Assembly (NCBI GenBank): GCA_002633005.1
Contig: NMRA01000779.1
Span: 75,271 to 125,491 of the forward strand
Direction of reading: 5' to 3'
From: Phoronis australis
Taxonomy: Eukaryota > Animalia > Phoronida
DNA: 50,221 nucleotides
Below the pieces are notes generated by a model. The model saw nothing but the letters and a program-made list of their open reading frames with translations. It did no database searches and was not told the origin of the DNA. Below, in pieces: positions 49,344 to 50,221 of the stretch (its first letter is position 1; each line of letters starts with the position of its first letter). The position numbers and the translations under genes are program-made.

Positions 49344-50051
49344 AAATTAGACAGTCAAATGATTTAGTAATGACAAGTTTTAGTGAAAGCATAAACAAGT
49401 ATTTCAATTAGTCATACGCGGTAGGTCATGTTGACCAGTGCCAAGCTAAACACTACTAACAAGTGATGAGGCCTGCGCAATACACTGCCACGCAACACTG
49501 GGCAATCTTTATGGTCTGTGTTCCCCTGCACAGATGGAACAATTGAAACAATGTATTGGAGTACTTCCATCCTATTCATTGAAATTACTTAATGTTCAAA
49601 CATTTTCATTTTATTTCTCAAAATCAACAGGCATAGCCTCAGTCAGTTTGGAAGATAATTATTTTTCCAACATCCAAAATTTAAGATTTATTGTAGATTC
49701 TTCAGAACTCTCACCCTCACAGACGTGTAAATATCTACTCAAGGAATAAAACTACATTACAATCACACAGTAACAACTAACAATGTAGAAAGCTCATAGC
49801 TACGCTAAGCTTCGCATTTCAAAAAGCCCTTTGACAAAAATAGAGCCCAACATCTGAAAGGGATTTAGACAATGATGGAATACAATACAAAAATATCTCA
49901 ATAGTTATTGAAGCTCTTTCAGACTGGCACTCTAGAAAACACTGAACATAAGATATGCCAATAATAAAGCCCAATTCTATTGGAGAACACACAAGACAAT
50001 TTCATTATGCTAAAGTTAAACAATAATAGTATATTAGGTTAGTAACTGTTC

Positions 50052-50221
50052 ATACATGTATATACCAGTCAATTCTAAAGTCAAATAAACACACTCTACA
50101 TTAGCATAATATAGCATTATATTTACTAATACATGTATATACCATTCAATTCTAAAGTCAAATAAACACACTCTACATTAGCATAATATAGCATTATATT
50201 TACTAATACATGTATATACCA
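50052..50221. repeat. 77-bp tandem repeat running off the window end
   Basis: atacatgtatatacc recurs at 50052, 50129, 50206. Confidence 0.9.

Overview
Animal (eukaryotic, intron-rich, probably bilaterian invertebrate) genomic DNA; the species cannot be determined from the sequence alone. Two convergent spliced genes can be reconstructed by hand from GT-AG boundaries and reading-frame phase. (1) On the + strand, a 21-exon gene (CDS 8855-33038, 3660 nt, about 1219 aa): signal peptide, an unrecognised 8-Cys N-terminal domain, 15 very N-glycosylation-rich thrombospondin type-1 (TSP1) repeats (ten on identical-length 171-nt phase-1 exons, five on one 837-nt exon), a SEA domain, one more TSP1, an LDL-receptor class A module and a short hydrophobic tail. 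(2) On the - strand, a secreted single Reeler-domain protein with four coding exons (40121-35708, about 159 aa). The rest is a decayed CR1/L2-type LINE with a degenerate 2A-like motif inserted into a minisatellite, a tRNA-derived SINE interrupted by a MITE, many palindromic MITEs, several minisatellites, a Helitron/Helentron-like element with regularly spaced CTCF-like motifs, and a 385-nt assembly gap. The gene models are manual and lack transcript support.
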